DNA of 63,746 nt, the filler included, from Octopus bimaculoides (lineage: Eukaryota): assembly GCF_001194135.2 (NCBI RefSeq). It is 5 parts of 5 records of this genome, joined end to end, with 100 filler letters (N's around TTAATTAATTAA, not from the genome) between each part and the next. Parts side by side here need not be neighbours in the genome. Positions count along the whole stretch, not along the records: positions 1 to 28,372 come from NC_068985.1; 4 more parts are not named here. One strand, written 5' to 3'. Below, piece after piece: positions 12,321 through 25,973 of this stretch. A model generated the notes under the pieces. That model made no database searches, was not told the origin of the DNA, and was given only the letters and a program-made list of their open reading frames with translations. A program made the translations under genes and the position numbers. Within the stretch, counting starts at the first letter, position 1, and every line of letters starts with the position of its first letter.

Positions 12321-15300
12321 TTCTTTTTGCTTCCAAATTGAAAATCTTTGGAGTTCAAACACTAAAGCGCTGGACTAAATGTTTTGTTAGATTTATATTT
12401 TGACGTTCAGCATTCTGAATTAAAATTACACCGGATTAATAAAATTTTACATTAATCAAATACCATACATCTGTTTATTATATAAGAAATAACGAATAAA
12501 AGAGTGGTGATGATTGAAGTAGCAGAGCACTTGACTGGCAGCATTCCTTTGTTGATTAATTTTCTGTATGAGGTTTTATTTCAAATACTGCTGAGTTTAA
12601 GATTTTCTTTCGTTTCTCTGGTTACAATAAAAAATTTGTACCAATTGTATACGCCTACCAAGTGACTTGTAGTTAAGGTAGCACTCATATCACCCATATA
12701 TTATAGAGCCTCATCTTTTGGTAGTCAGTAGTAAAATGACTTAATATACTTTTCAGCTTTCCATAAGTCGTATCTACTTAATCAATTCACGAAGGATTTC
12801 ATGTTTGTTACTGTCGTCCTCAATCGGTCGATCTATTGTTGCATACATTTCTGTTCTTGCTGGTTTGTTTTGCATTTATCGATGTTCTCTATTTGATATT
12901 AAATCCGTATCCGTAATCCCGTTATAATTCCACCATTGATACAGTATCATCAACAACTCATTACAGTTGTGCGTCATTCAGCCACGTAATGCCGATTTGT
13001 TAGAGCGTTCACTTTTTCATCACATGATTAACCATGCTAGAGTAGAGACAAGGTAGCAAAACAAAGCCTTGCTTACCGACATTTCTATAGCCTTGATCGA
13101 ATCTCTGTCGTGTATAAAGTTTTAATGCGTTTAACAATTTTGTTAGATACTTTATATCATATGACTATCTTTCACGAGGCATCTCCTTCACACTGTCAGA
13201 ACCTAAACTTCATTATACGAAACACATATTACATTACTTCAAGGTTGTCACGTTCCGATATTTCAACCGCTTCTATCCAATACAACTGTTTACAACAAAT
13301 GAGTACATAAAACAATTACGTAAACGATACAGCAATAAACGGTTACAGGAGAAACAATGAAATCAGCCACAAACATACAAAGTCGATTGCATAATAATGT
13401 TCATCTCTCTAAAAGCATAATTACTTTGAGCTTCGTCAATAACGAAAAGGTTCGCAAACTGATAAAATACTAAGACGCCGCATTAAGTGATTTGTTATAT
13501 TTAATTTTGACACGCGACGTTCCAAGTTCAAGTTTCCCCTGATTGATAAAATAGTGATTTAACGAAATGGAATATATCCATTCTTCGTAAAGGAAATTAT
13601 TAAAATACAGAAATAAAGGCAGTTGTTGATGGCTGAAACAAAAGAGAATTTGGTTAAAGACATTACTTTAGTTGGCTTTTATCTCTATCAGTTTCTATTT
13701 CAGATACCGCTGCGTTAAAAATTGCATTACGCCCCTCCAGAGTCAATAAAATATGTACAATAATATTTATGGTCGAATTTAGTCGAAAGAATTCTAACTA
13801 GATACGTAACTAAAATAAAAAAAAGAAGAAAACAATTTCGATAACTTAGAAAAGCAGAAGACATCGAGGTCAACTATGGCTTTCATCCTTCCAGGGTCGA
13901 TACAACGAATACCTGTCAAAAACTGAGGTCGATGTAATCGACTAATCCCTTCACTGATCTTAAAAAATTGATGGCCTTGTGCCAAAATTTGAAACAATTA
14001 GTAAAATACTCGTAAAGAGGACGTTTTTGATGACTTAAGAGCAGAACCGAATTATCTGCTACGAGAAATTCGATTCAAAATATTTCTGGGATTGAATTCC
14101 GTGCTGATCATCTATGTTTTCGTTTCTATATCGATCAATGATTTATATTCTGTTTGTTTTAGGAAAACAGAAAAAGAAAACAGAAAAGAAAAGAAGCAAC
14201 ATCAGATGAAATTGCTGTGAACATGAAATAAGATAGAAGCTGCAACGTGGTCGGTTGACGAATTAAATTACAGTAGCGAAATCTCCTTTAAATTGCATCT
14301 ACTATCTAGACAAAAGACACGTTGTACAATATATGAGCTGATATAGAAAATACGGGACGGACTTGACAAGAACTTATTTTAACATATGTCTGTAAAAATA
14401 TAGCTTAACTATGCTGAACAACAATAACATTGATAAAAAAAATTCGTTCTTACCAAGACAACACAAGCTGCATGTATTGGCGAAAAGAAATTAAGAATAG
14501 CATTCATTCGTTGCTAATCCTAACAATATAGTCTGTAGAAATATGAAGGAACTATTAGCAACTGGGAATCGAAAGAGCGGCTCTGACTTGGCTCGCCGGT
14601 GGACTTGAATATCGATGAATTTACAAACTCTTCTGCGTCATATTGCAGCTATGCATCATATTTCAAAATGACAGATTTGGATCTTGTTTTAGCAATTCAG
14701 CTGCAGCAAATTTAGATTCCTGAAAATTATGCACATCAAAAGAATGATTTATGTCTGTAATGGCTTTGTTTGCAAATCTTCTTTGTTGCAAATATCTACG
14801 TTGCCAATATCTCCCACACATTCCTTCATTCATTTAAACTTTCCTTATTATTTCTCACACGGATTTTTACAACACGACGTTCCAGCTATGTAATACATTT
14901 ATTTCATAGTCTTTCTCATCTACTGGTTCGGAGCTGGAATACCAATAAATTACAACTTAAAAGTATACGAGTTCAGGCGGATAAGAAATTCCCAGTTTCC
15001 CAATATAATTGATATTGATCTACGATAATTTAGTAAAAGGCAATAAATTATTGATTTAATTATCTAATTTTTAATGTAAGGGAATGGTGTTGCCAATATA
15101 TGTTTTGGACATATAATTTATAATCGCCTGATTTATATCAAATCTGATAATTGGAATGGTTTTCCTACTTGATGCCGTAAAAGTCTCTTACAACAGGTAG
15201 CATTTAAATATAATTCATGTGTGCTGTTTCTATTCTGGTATTGTTATAACTTTAAAAATGATTGCCTTGTACTGATACAATTAACACAAGTAAATCAGTT

Positions 15301-16339
15301 AGCCTCGGTGGTAAGGTATATATGGTGATAACTAATATTCAAATATTGCAGCTCAGATATGTACTGTTGTATTAATTATTTAATGCTATATAATATTGTT
15401 GACACATTTCTCAATATTGTCTTCATATCGATACTCTAGATACTTATTATTTCAATGTCAGCAATGTTAATGAAGGATTGTTTTCGGTTTTAGTTCTTAT
15501 CAAAGGTTTAGGTCATCATCGCCAACCTTTTCCTTGTAAAAGTAAAATATATATGAAACTCTATTTAGAGATGTTAAATGATCTTACAAATAATGTTCCA
15601 TTGTTACATATATGTATATATATATCTTAATATAAGTTGGAATAAACAGACTCTTTATAACCAAATCACAACAATTGTTTCTGCGCATTGGTGAGTTTTC
15701 ATATTATTCATACTATTATTTAAATATTATATAAGCATTATCCAGAAATAGCTCTCAAAGCCATTCACCTGACGAGGTGCAAGTACACAACTATTGCTGG
15801 ATTATGCTTATGTAATATCTAAATAATATGTATAGTATGCAAATTCAGCGCACCACCGCCCTCCCTCCTTCCACACACCAATCCCTTAACCGAACCCGTT
15901 TTTGGCCTCGCCCTGCATCACGGATCCACACACTCGCGACTCTGCCTGGAACAGCGTTACATTTTCAATCTACGAATACAAATTTCTTTCGAACTCAACA
16001 CGTCCACCTCCTCTTAACGACTGTCTCTACAGACGCCTTAAAAAAAAAAGTAACTTTTTATTTTATTTTATTTTATCTTATTTTATCCTCTCTTACACCC
16101 ACTTAATTTTTCACAATGTCACCGATTTTTTCGATTTTTTATCGTTTTCTTTCCGTCGTATTGTTTAACCTTTTGATTGCATTAATTTTTTAATAATTGT
16201 ATTAATTTCTATTTTATCCCTTTAATTTTAATTGTTTTATTTATTATTTTTTTCATGCATCTGTTATTTTTGTAATTTTTATTCATTTTTTAATTTTTAC
16301 ATCTTCCCCCTTTTGATCGATCTTATATTATATTTTATT

Positions 16340-17155
16340 TCATTTCTGTATGCATGCACGATACATACACGTACATATACACACACACGCGCAAATACAC
16401 GTACACGCGCTCACACACGAACACACATATACCTTCCACACACACCACACATGCATGTACATACATACACACACATACATGCACACACACATGCACATAC
16501 GCACATACACACGCACACACGCGCATACACGCACACACACACGCACACAGGAACGCACATATACCTCTATACACATAACTCCACGCACGCACTGACATAC
16601 ACACACGCATATACATACAAAGACGCACAAATATACATACACGCATATACACACACACACACACATATACACGCACGCGCACACACATGAATGTACACAT
16701 CACATATACCTTGCACACACACACACGCACGTACACACACATGAATGCACATATACCTCACATATACCTCCCCCACACACATAACACACACACACATAAC
16801 ACGCGCATACATGCACATACACAACACACACACGCATACACACGCGCGCGCGCATACACGCTCAAGAACGCGCATATACCTCCACACACACAACCCCTTC
16901 ATACACTCAGACATATACACACGCACACACATACACACACGCATATACACATATACACACGCACACACACATATACACGCCCACATACACAAACACAAAC
17001 AGACACATATACACACGCACACACATACACACACACACGCACACGCACATGAACGCACACATATCTCCCACACACACAAAACAGACTCATACATACACGC
17101 AGATAATTACACATACATGGGCATATACACACACGCACACACACGCACGCACATG

Positions 17156-17186
<31 letters not shown>

Positions 17187-17620
17187 GAACGTAGATATAA
17201 CTCCACACACACAACCCCCACATAACCACGCGCACACACATACATACACACACGCACATACACACGCGCACATGCACACACACACTCACACACGCACACA
17301 AACAGATGCGTGTACACACTTCACAAAAAGTACTTACACACAACATATATATACACGCACACGCATACATACACACGCTCACATACTTCAAACTCCCAGT
17401 CAAACGCTTTTCTACAGACCATTCCTCTACGCACATGTCAAGAGACACACTACTACACAAAGAACTACCACTCCTGCTGAATTCTTCCTACAACATTAAG
17501 AGACACACAGTTCACTCACACATACACATATAAACAGCCAACACCACACAAATTCCACACACACACACACATACACACTGACCTCTGGGCACGCACATAC
17601 CCACACATACACTACTTTTC
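16340..17620 (+). repeat. 1.3-kb degenerate AC-rich low-complexity tract
   Basis: Mixed CA/CG/TA dinucleotides with recurring CATATACC motif; source of many spurious His/Thr and Cys/Val ORFs. Confidence 0.9.
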
Positions 17621-17747
17621 TTGTACTCTCCCGTTTTAGAGAGAACTTTTTCTTCACCCATTCCCTTCCGGTCATTTCAAAATGTAATCACATGTGCATC
17701 GTTGACGATTTTCTTCCTCCCTGTTCCTTTTCTATTTGACTTTCCTC

Positions 17748-17783
17748 TGTTTCTGAAGAAGAGCGTTGCTCGAAACCCTAAAC
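17748..17783 (+). ncRNA. Degenerate hammerhead ribozyme motif, same repeat family
   Basis: GUUU-CUGAAGA-A-GAGC GUU GCUC-GAAAC CCU-AAAC. Stem III/cleavage site mutated; flanks resemble the other two copies. Confidence 0.55.
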
Positions 17784-17889
17784 CACCTTTCTTTCCTTCC
17801 ATGAGCGTCTGCTAATACTTTACATGCACCACGCCCTCGCGTTGTTTTTTTTTAGTGTTTGTTCTTCGTTTTTTTGGATTTACCATATA

Positions 17890-18185
17890 CATATACATAG
17901 TCAAGATAAATGGTGTTACATGGTTGTGAAAAGGAGGAAGACTATAAACCAGATTAGTAACATCTCCGTCAATGATTTGACTATTTCACCTGTATCTGAC
18001 GAGGAATGTAACAAGTATTTAGGGGTGGAGGAAAATATATCTTACAATAGAACCTGTAACAAAACATGTCACTAAAGAATATTACAGCTGAATAAAGGAA
18101 ATTTGCACCTGAGAACTCCCTACATTTAATAAAACAGTGGCCCAAAACGTGTTCGTAGTGCAAATACTCATACCAACATCTATTT
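17890..18185 (+). mobile_element. R4/Dong-like (RLE-type) non-LTR retrotransposon RT fragment
   Basis: QDKWCYMVVKRRK...DEECNKYLGVEENISY, then after a frameshift KEYYS*IKEIC...FNKTVAQNVFVVQILIPT; clade call from recalled motifs. Confidence 0.65.
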
Positions 18186-18186
18186 G

Positions 18187-18240
18187 AAACGTGCTAGATA
18201 CATAAAGACCGGAAAACGTGCTAGATACATAAAGACCGGA
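18187..18240 (+). repeat. Perfect 27-bp tandem duplication
   Basis: AAACGTGCTAGATACATAAAGACCGGA x2, at the end of the R4-like fragment. Confidence 0.95.
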
Positions 18241-18380
18241 AAAGGCATCTTATTATCTTGCGACCAATAGAAGAAAATGAAAATGCTGAACGAATAAAAG
18301 AAATGACTGGCATAAAGTGTGCGTGTGCGCGTGTGTGTGTATAATATACATGTATATATACATGTATGTTGGCTTGGCGA

Positions 18381-18413
<33 letters not shown>

Positions 18414-19172
18414 NNNNNNNNNNNNNNNNNNNNNNNNNNNNNNNNNNNNNNNNNNNNNNNNNNNNNNNNNNNNNNNNNNNNNNNNNNNNNNNNNNNNNNN
18501 NNNNNNNNNNNNNNNNNNNNNNNNNNNNNNNNNNNNNNNNNNNNNNNNNNNNNNNNNNNNNNNNNNNNNNNNNNNNNNNNNNNNNNNNNNNNNNNNNNNN
18601 NNNNNNNNNNNNNNNNNNNNNNNNNNNNNNNNNNNNNNNNNNNNNNNNNNNNNNNNNNNNNNNNNNNNNNNNNNNNNNNNNNNNNNNNNNNNNNNNNNNN
18701 NNNNNNNNNNNNNNNNNNNNNNNNNNNNNNNNNNNNNNNNNNNNNNNNNNNNNNNNNNNNNNNNNNNNNNNNNNNNNNNNNNNNNNNNNNNNNNNNNNNN
18801 NNNNNNNNNNNNNNNNNNNNNNTGATAGTCTCTCCCGTCGAAGGTTCGACAATTTCTTACCGAACACCCACACAGATGATTTGTTTATAGTGATCAAATG
18901 TTTGTGTAGACATAAGCTTACTCCCTCCATCAGATCGACATTTCCTGCAAAGGTGCAGATGTCAGATGTCGAAATGATCACAAAGCAACGTGAAATGAAG
19001 TGCTTTGTTCAAGCACACGACGCAACGCCCGATCTGGGAATCGAACCCACGATCTCGCAACACCCTAACCACTAAGCCATGGGCCTATATACATATCTGA
19101 AAAAAACAAAAAAAAAAAAACTGACGCGACTGTCACAGCTGAAATTTTCTGTTCAAAAGTCTGTTTGATTAA

Positions 19173-19899
19173 GGGCTAACTATAGGGGGTTCCTATAAGG
19201 TTGTTATCCACCCCTGATTGGAACTCTCCCGTATGACATGTACGCATGCTCAGTGACTTGCTTTAACAGTTGCAATCAGCTGAATGCACATTGCCAGTGA
19301 CCTTTGACATAATTACCCACACTCTGTGGTCAGGATTCTTTTTTTGGTTTGATGTCGGTATTGAAGGGATTACCGGACAATACAGTGAGAGCAGCTTTCA
19401 CTCACATCGTGGTATTCGATGCTGTGTACGTGTCTGTCGTGGTAAAATATGCCACTCCTTAACTGTTGCTTTGCTTTCATCCGTAGCACGAGATAATTAT
19501 GTCATTATCTGTGAAATTCGGCAACTTACAAAGATCTTTAGATCAGGCAATACTTCACCGAGAGGAGATATAAGCTTCTGCTTATTCCGTCTGAAGTATC
19601 GTCCGATACTTCAGACTTATCGTCCGATAAATTTACTTTGTTGACATTCTTCATCGACAGAATTTTTATTCCTTTCAACCTTTCAGTCAAGTCCGCCTTT
19701 CTTCCAGTAACATACTGTCCATAAAATCTTAAATATTTCACAGTAAGTACTTCGATAGCTGAATCATCAAGCTGTTTTATATCCATGATAAGACGTAAAA
19801 CAATAACAATGGCGTGGGTAGCCTCCGGAAGTTTAATTATCTACATGGAGCGCCGCCTAGCCAAGGGAGATAACCTACTTATAGGAAAGCCCTATAGCT
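19173..19899 (-). mobile_element. Non-autonomous TIR DNA transposon carrying a SAP domain and SWIM-adjacent coding remnant (Kolobok- or ISL2EU-type, uncertain)
   Basis: Imperfect TIRs CTATAGGGGGTTCCTATAAGGTTGTTATC and CTATAGGGCTTTCCTATAAGTAGGTTATC; TTAA at 19169-19172. Minus peptides LTVKYLRFYGQYVTGRKADLTERLKG (SAP-like), FYHDRHVHSIEYHDVSESCSHCIVR and HRVWVIMSKVTGNVHSADCNC. Confidence 0.7.
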
Positions 19900-20683
19900 A
19901 AACAACAGCAACGACAACAAAGGCAGGAAACCGTTAAAAGTATGATGCGTAATACAATTACTTACCAATCTCCCCTTTCTCCTTGTTGTGTTATTACAAC
20001 TCTTTTTGGTACAGAGATATACGTGGATTCTCTTACAATGGATCTGGTGATCGCTATAACATACAGAAAAAAGAAAGAAAGGTAGATAGATATTATGCAA
20101 AGAGTATCATGGTGATTGGTCCAACGAAGGAGCATCAATATTGTGGTCCGTCATTCTTGAAATAGTAGTCAAATTCCCCTTATGTCTTCCGCTACCGTCT
20201 TAAAAAAAGATGACAGAGATGATTTTGTCCATTGAAATGATGGTAGTGCAGGCTTATATGGCGGGGAATGGCAAGTGAGAGAAGAATGACCGGTGGGGAT
20301 GTAAGCCGTTGTATTTTTCAGCTAAGTGTTCAATAAATTCTCCAGACACTACATATGGAGGAGTCGTGAACGTGGAAACTATATTTGACGAAACTCTCAA
20401 ATCATGGGAAAGTATGAATGGATGTACCCTCTGTATAAGCATGGGAGTCGGTGAACATAGCTGGGAGAAGGGATTTGTTTTATGACAAGTCTAAAACTGG
20501 ATGTTCTCATTGACCTCAAATTCCCTAAAATGATCCCAGATGACTGTTACCCAAATTGGATGTTTCATCTTTTTTTTTAAGCTCGCTATTTGCATATTCG
20601 ATTTCATATTAGGCGCGTCCCCACAGTTTTCGTATACTATCTTTATAATGTCCTCAATATACGTTACTCTTGCAGTTTTTTGG

Positions 20684-21016
20684 CACTCCGTCGCATACGA
20701 CTTCGAGGGTTCCAGTTGATCCGCTCAACGGAACAGCCTGCTCGTGAAATTAACGTGCAAGTGGCTGAGCACTCCACAGACACGTGTACCCTTAACGTAG
20801 TTCTCGGGGATATTCAGCGTGACACAGTGTGACAAGGCTGACCCCTTTGAATTACAGGTACAACAGAAACAGGAAGTAAGAGTGAGAGAAAGTTGTGGCG
20901 AAAAAGTACAGCAGGGTTCGCCACCATCCCCTGCCGGAGCCTCGTGGAGCTTTAGGTGTTTTCGCTCAATAAACACTCACAACGCCCGGTCTGGGAATCG
21001 AAACCACGATCCTATG
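20684..21016 (-). mobile_element. tRNA-derived SINE (family C)
   Basis: Reverse complement of 7855-8190 with few differences (the track ORFs 7897-8148 and 20725-20976 are near-identical); head lost in a gap. Confidence 0.88.
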
Positions 21017-21318
21017 NNNNNNNNNNNNNNNNNNNNNNNNNNNNNNNNNNNNNNNNNNNNNNNNNNNNNNNNNNNNNNNNNNNNNNNNNNNNNNNNNNNN
21101 NNNNNNNNNNNNNNNNNNNNNNNNNNNNNNNNNNNNNNNNNNNNNNNNNNNNNNNNNNNNNNNNNNNNNNNNNNNNNNNNNNNNNNNNNNNNNNNNNNNN
21201 NNNNNNNNNNNNNNNNNNNNNNNNNNNNNNNNNNNNNNNNNNNNNNNNNNNNNNNNNNNNNNNNNNNNNNNNNNNNNNNNNNNNNNNNNNNNNNNNNNNN
21301 NNNNNNNNNNNNNNNNNN

Positions 21319-21366
<48 letters not shown>

Positions 21367-21440
21367 TATGTTGGTATGCATATAAACATATATATACATA
21401 CATGAATACATACATGTATATATGCTTGTGTATGTATGTA

Positions 21441-21473
<33 letters not shown>

Positions 21474-21623
21474 GTGTATAACACCCACAGACGCAGCTGG
21501 ACCTCTGTCGATTACATATTTCTTCTGGATTGAATCAAAATTAAACAAGAGATAAACGGCAACAGCAACAACAATCATAACATCAACGAAAACAATAACA
21601 GCACCAACAGCATAACAACAACA

Positions 21624-21658
<35 letters not shown>

Positions 21659-21889
21659 AACAACAGCAACAACAATAATGAATGCGGTGTCATAAATCAA
21701 AGAGAATTAATTCCAATACAAAGAGAAAAATGGAAGAATACAAATATAAGTGTTATTTCAAAACCAAAATATATTTGCACAAAATTTCTATTTTACTGAT
21801 TGAATTCTATTTCTATCTAATTAGAATTAATTTGATAAATCTTAAATTGAGAAATAATTATTACTGGAGGATTTTCGACACCAGTTGAA

Positions 21890-22243
21890 ACTGCAGCAGC
21901 AGCAGCAGCAGCGGTGGCGTCAGCACTTGTCGTTGTCGTGGTGATCATGATGATCTTAATCATTATCGCCACCATCATCAACGTCACCGTTTTCATCCTC
22001 AACGTCATCACCAACATCATCATCATCATCATATTATCAACATGGTCATCATCATAATCAACATCATCATCATCACCTACAACGTGGCCAACACTACGAA
22101 CACCACCACCACCACCACCACCACTACCACCACCATCAATATCATCATCATCATGATCATCATAATCAGCAGCAGCGCCACCACCACCTCCCCCCCCACA
22201 ACACCCCCCAGCACCACAAAACACCACCACCACCACCACCACC
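21890..22243 (+). repeat. Degenerate (CAT/CAC/CAG)n trinucleotide tract
   Basis: Read directly; similar tracts at 21545-21680, 48830-49010, 49880-50228 and 53330-53720. Confidence 0.9.
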
Positions 22244-22951
22244 NNNNNNNNNNNNNNNNNNNNNNNNNNNNNNNNNNNNNNNNNNNNNNNNNNNNNNNNN
22301 NNNNNNNNNNNNNNNNNNNNNNNNNNNNNNNNNNNNNNNNNNNNNNNNNNNNNNNNNNNNNNNNNNNNNNNNNNNNNNNNNNNNNNNNNNNNNNNNNNNN
22401 NNNNNNNNNNNNNNNNNNNNNNNNNNNNNNNNNNNNNNNNNNNNNNNNNNNNNNNNNNNNNNNNNNNNNNNNNNNNNNNNNNNNNNNNNNNNNNNNNNNN
22501 NNNNNNNNNNNNNNNNNNNNNNNNNNNNNNNNNNNNNNNNNNNNNNNNNNNNNNNNNNNNNNNNNNNNNNNNNNNNNNNNNNNNNNNNNNNNNNNNNNNN
22601 NNNNNNNNNNNNNNNNNNNNNNNNNNNNNNNNNNNNNNNNNNNNNNNNNNNNNNNNNNNNNNNNNNNNNNNNNNNNNNNNNNNNNNNNNNNNNNNNNNNN
22701 NNNNNNNNNNNNNNNNNNNNNNNNNNNNNNNNNNNNNNNNNNNNNNNNNNNNNNNNNNNNNNNNNNNNNNNNNNNNNNNNNNNNNNNNNNNNNNNNNNNN
22801 NNNNNNNNNNNNNNNNNNNNNNNNNNNNNNNNNNNNNNNNNNNNNNNNNNNNNNNNNNNNNNNNNNNNNNNNNNNNNNNNNNNNNNNNNNNNNNNNNNNN
22901 NNNNNNNNNNNNNNNNNNNNNNNNNNNNNNNNNNNNNNNNNNNNNNNNNNN

Positions 22952-23016
<65 letters not shown>

Positions 23017-23325
23017 CCATATCCATCCTCTGTTATACACACATACCACACAAATACACACACACATATATACACATACACAGGCATATGTACACATATT
23101 CTGGCAGTGATAGAAAGAAACAAAGATATTTAGATATAAACATTTCTAAATACCATTCCTTGCTCTGTATATATGTAATTTACATACAAACATACGTCCA
23201 TAAACATATACATATATAATACGTACATACATACATTCATACACGATGCACATATTTATATTAATGTATACATGTATTACATGCATACAAACCTGTAGTG
23301 AATATATGATATGTCTACACATATC

Positions 23326-23409
<84 letters not shown>

Positions 23410-23449
23410 CTTTGGGTATATGAGTATATATATATAGAGCATATATTTT

Positions 23450-23494
<45 letters not shown>

Positions 23495-23531
23495 GTATTT
23501 GTAAAAACACACCCATATATACATATAAATA

Positions 23532-23571
<40 letters not shown>

Positions 23572-23644
23572 NNNNNNNNNNNNNNNNNNNNNNNNNNNNN
23601 NNNNNNNNNNNNNNNNNNNNNNNNNNNNNNNNNNNNNNNNNNNN

Positions 23645-23715
<71 letters not shown>

Positions 23716-24395
23716 GGAGATATTGAAACGCTGGGCGAGAGAAAGAGCTATTGTGAATAAATAGTATCATTAAAAGTATTGATCTCGCTGGCATATATGA
23801 TTTAATTCCATTATTAATAAATAGATTTTACTTCTCAAAAAATACAAAAACAATAAACCAAAAAACACCCCCAACAAAAAACCTCTCATACGCATACAGA
23901 AACACCATATTATATATCGTAATACTATTGATCCGTTTAAAGGTAAATTAAATAATACAAGCTCATATCATGATTATTAGTCGCACAATAGCATATTTCA
24001 ACGTTTAAAATTCAACTTGTAAATCTAATTATAAGAACTAAGGCGAGACTGCTTAAAACCAGAAACTAAAAATATATTTAAATATATTTAAATATGTAAA
24101 ATCATGAATAAAATTTATATATAAATATGAAACAAAGCAGACTGAAAAACCGTTTCCTTTCCAAATGTGTTTATACGACTGCATGTACCAGTGATTCTTT
24201 CAGTATGTGTGCGTGAGTATGTGAGTACGTATGTGTATAACTGTGTATATTGGCATGTGCAAATGTAAATATGCATCTGTATAATTATACGTTTGTAGGT
24301 GCATATATATATGATTCTTTGAATATGTGCGTATATGTGTGTATATATATACATATGTATATATACATACATATATATATAAATATACATATATA

Positions 24396-24448
<53 letters not shown>

Positions 24449-25129
24449 NNNNNNNNNNNNNNNNNNNNNNNNNNNNNNNNNNNNNNNNNNNNNNNNNNNN
24501 NNNNNNNNNNNNNNNNNNNNNNNNNNNNNNNNNNNNNNNNNNNNNNNNNNNNNNNNNNNNNNNNNNNNNNNNNNNNNNNNNNNNNNNNNNNNNNNNNNNN
24601 NNNNNNNNNNNNNNNNNNNNNNNNNNNNNNNNNNNNNNNNNNNNNNNNNNNNNNNNNNNNNNNNNNNNNNNNNNNNNNNNNNNNNNNNNNNNNNNNNNNN
24701 NNNNNNNNNNNNNNNNNNNNNNNNNNNNNNNNNNNNNNNNNNNNNNNNNNNNNNNNNNNNNNNNNNNNNNNNNNNNNNNNNNNNNNNNNNNNNNNNNNNN
24801 NNNNNNNNNNNNNNNNNNNNNNNNNNNNNNNNNNNNNNNNNNNNNNNNNNNNNNNNNNNNNNNNNNNNNNNNNNNNNNNNNNNNNNNNNNNNNNNNNNNN
24901 NNNNNNNNNNNNNNNNNNNNNNNNNNNNNNNNNNNNNNNNNNNNNNNNNNNNNNNNNNNNNNNNNNNNNNNNNNNNNNNNNNNNNNNNNNNNNNNNNNNN
25001 NNNNNNNNNNNNNNNNNNNNNNNNNNNNNNNNNNNNNNNNNNNNNNNNNNNNCTCACTATTTTCTCATTTGGAATGTATTTATTTCGATGTTGAGTAAGA
25101 AGAATAAATATGAATATTTGTATATATAT

Positions 25130-25416
25130 AGGTGCTGGAGTGGCTGTGTGGTAAGTAGCTTGCTTACCAACCACATGGTTCCGGGTTCATTCCCACTGCG
25201 TGGCACATTTGGAAAGTGTCTTCTATTATAACCTCGGGCCGATCAAGTCCTGTGAGTGGATTTAGTAGACGGAAACAGAAAGAAGCCCGTCGTATATATA
25301 CCGATAGAGTAAATACTAGGCTTACAAAGAATAAGTCCTGGGGTCGATTTGCTTGACTAAATGTGGTACTCCAGCATGGCCGCAGTCAAATTACAGAAAC
25401 AAGTAAAAGAATAAAA
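25130..25416 (+). mobile_element. tRNA-derived SINE (family B), internally deleted
   Basis: AGGTGCTGGAGTGGCTGTGTGGTAAGTAGCTTGC head; GACGGAAAC.GAAAGAAGCCCGTCG; tail CAGCATGGCCGCAGTCAAA...AAAAGAATAAAAG. Confidence 0.85.
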
Positions 25417-25901
25417 GTATAAAAGAATGTATGTATTTAAGCTTGTATGTATGCATGTATGTATTTGTATATATATATATGTATGTATGTATATGTATGT
25501 AATTATGTATTTGCATATATGTATATTTATGTATGTGTATATGTGTGTATATATGTATGCTTTTATATATTTGCATATATGTGTATGTATGTATATATAT
25601 GCATGTATGTCTATGTATATATGTATGTATTTGTGTGTAAGTATTTTTACGTGTATCACTTTCTGTGTACAATTATGTACACATCTTTCTGTTTATCAAT
25701 TAATGGCTGCGAGGAAACCATAGGATGCTGTATGCTAATGAATGTGATTACATAACGTATGTTGTCTTTAATTCATTAATTTCTATATATGTATGTATGT
25801 ATGTATGTATCCATCTATCTATCTATCACTGTGTCTGTCTACATACAGCTATAACATTGTGAAATTATAATTCTTAAATCTAAGAGGAAGAAGTTAGTGG
25901 G

Positions 25902-25973
25902 TACGTTGGTGTAATGGTAGCACACTTATCGCGAATATAGAGAGATGTGGGTTCGAGTCATATGCGAACGTAA
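25902..25973 (+). pseudogene. Degenerate tRNA-like sequence (tRNA pseudogene or SINE head)
   Basis: TACGTT/AACGTA terminal pairing, A box TGGTGTAATGGT and B box GGTTCGAGTC; anticodon and T stems poorly paired. Confidence 0.45.

Noticed and set aside
14890-15200. Loose resemblance to a glycosyltransferase N-terminal anchor/stem
   Set aside because: Needs several stops and frameshifts, and no catalytic motif is visible; kept only as an unresolved island.
16232-17533. His/Thr-rich and Cys/Val-rich ORFs resembling metal-binding proteins
   Set aside because: Translations of AC/GT dinucleotide low-complexity DNA, open in most frames.
21817-23133. Longest ORFs in the track (up to 426 aa), and similar ones at 3481-4219, 18253-19075, 24200-25231, 38426-39350, 44694-45570, 49684-50832
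   Set aside because: They are open only because they cross N gaps and microsatellites.
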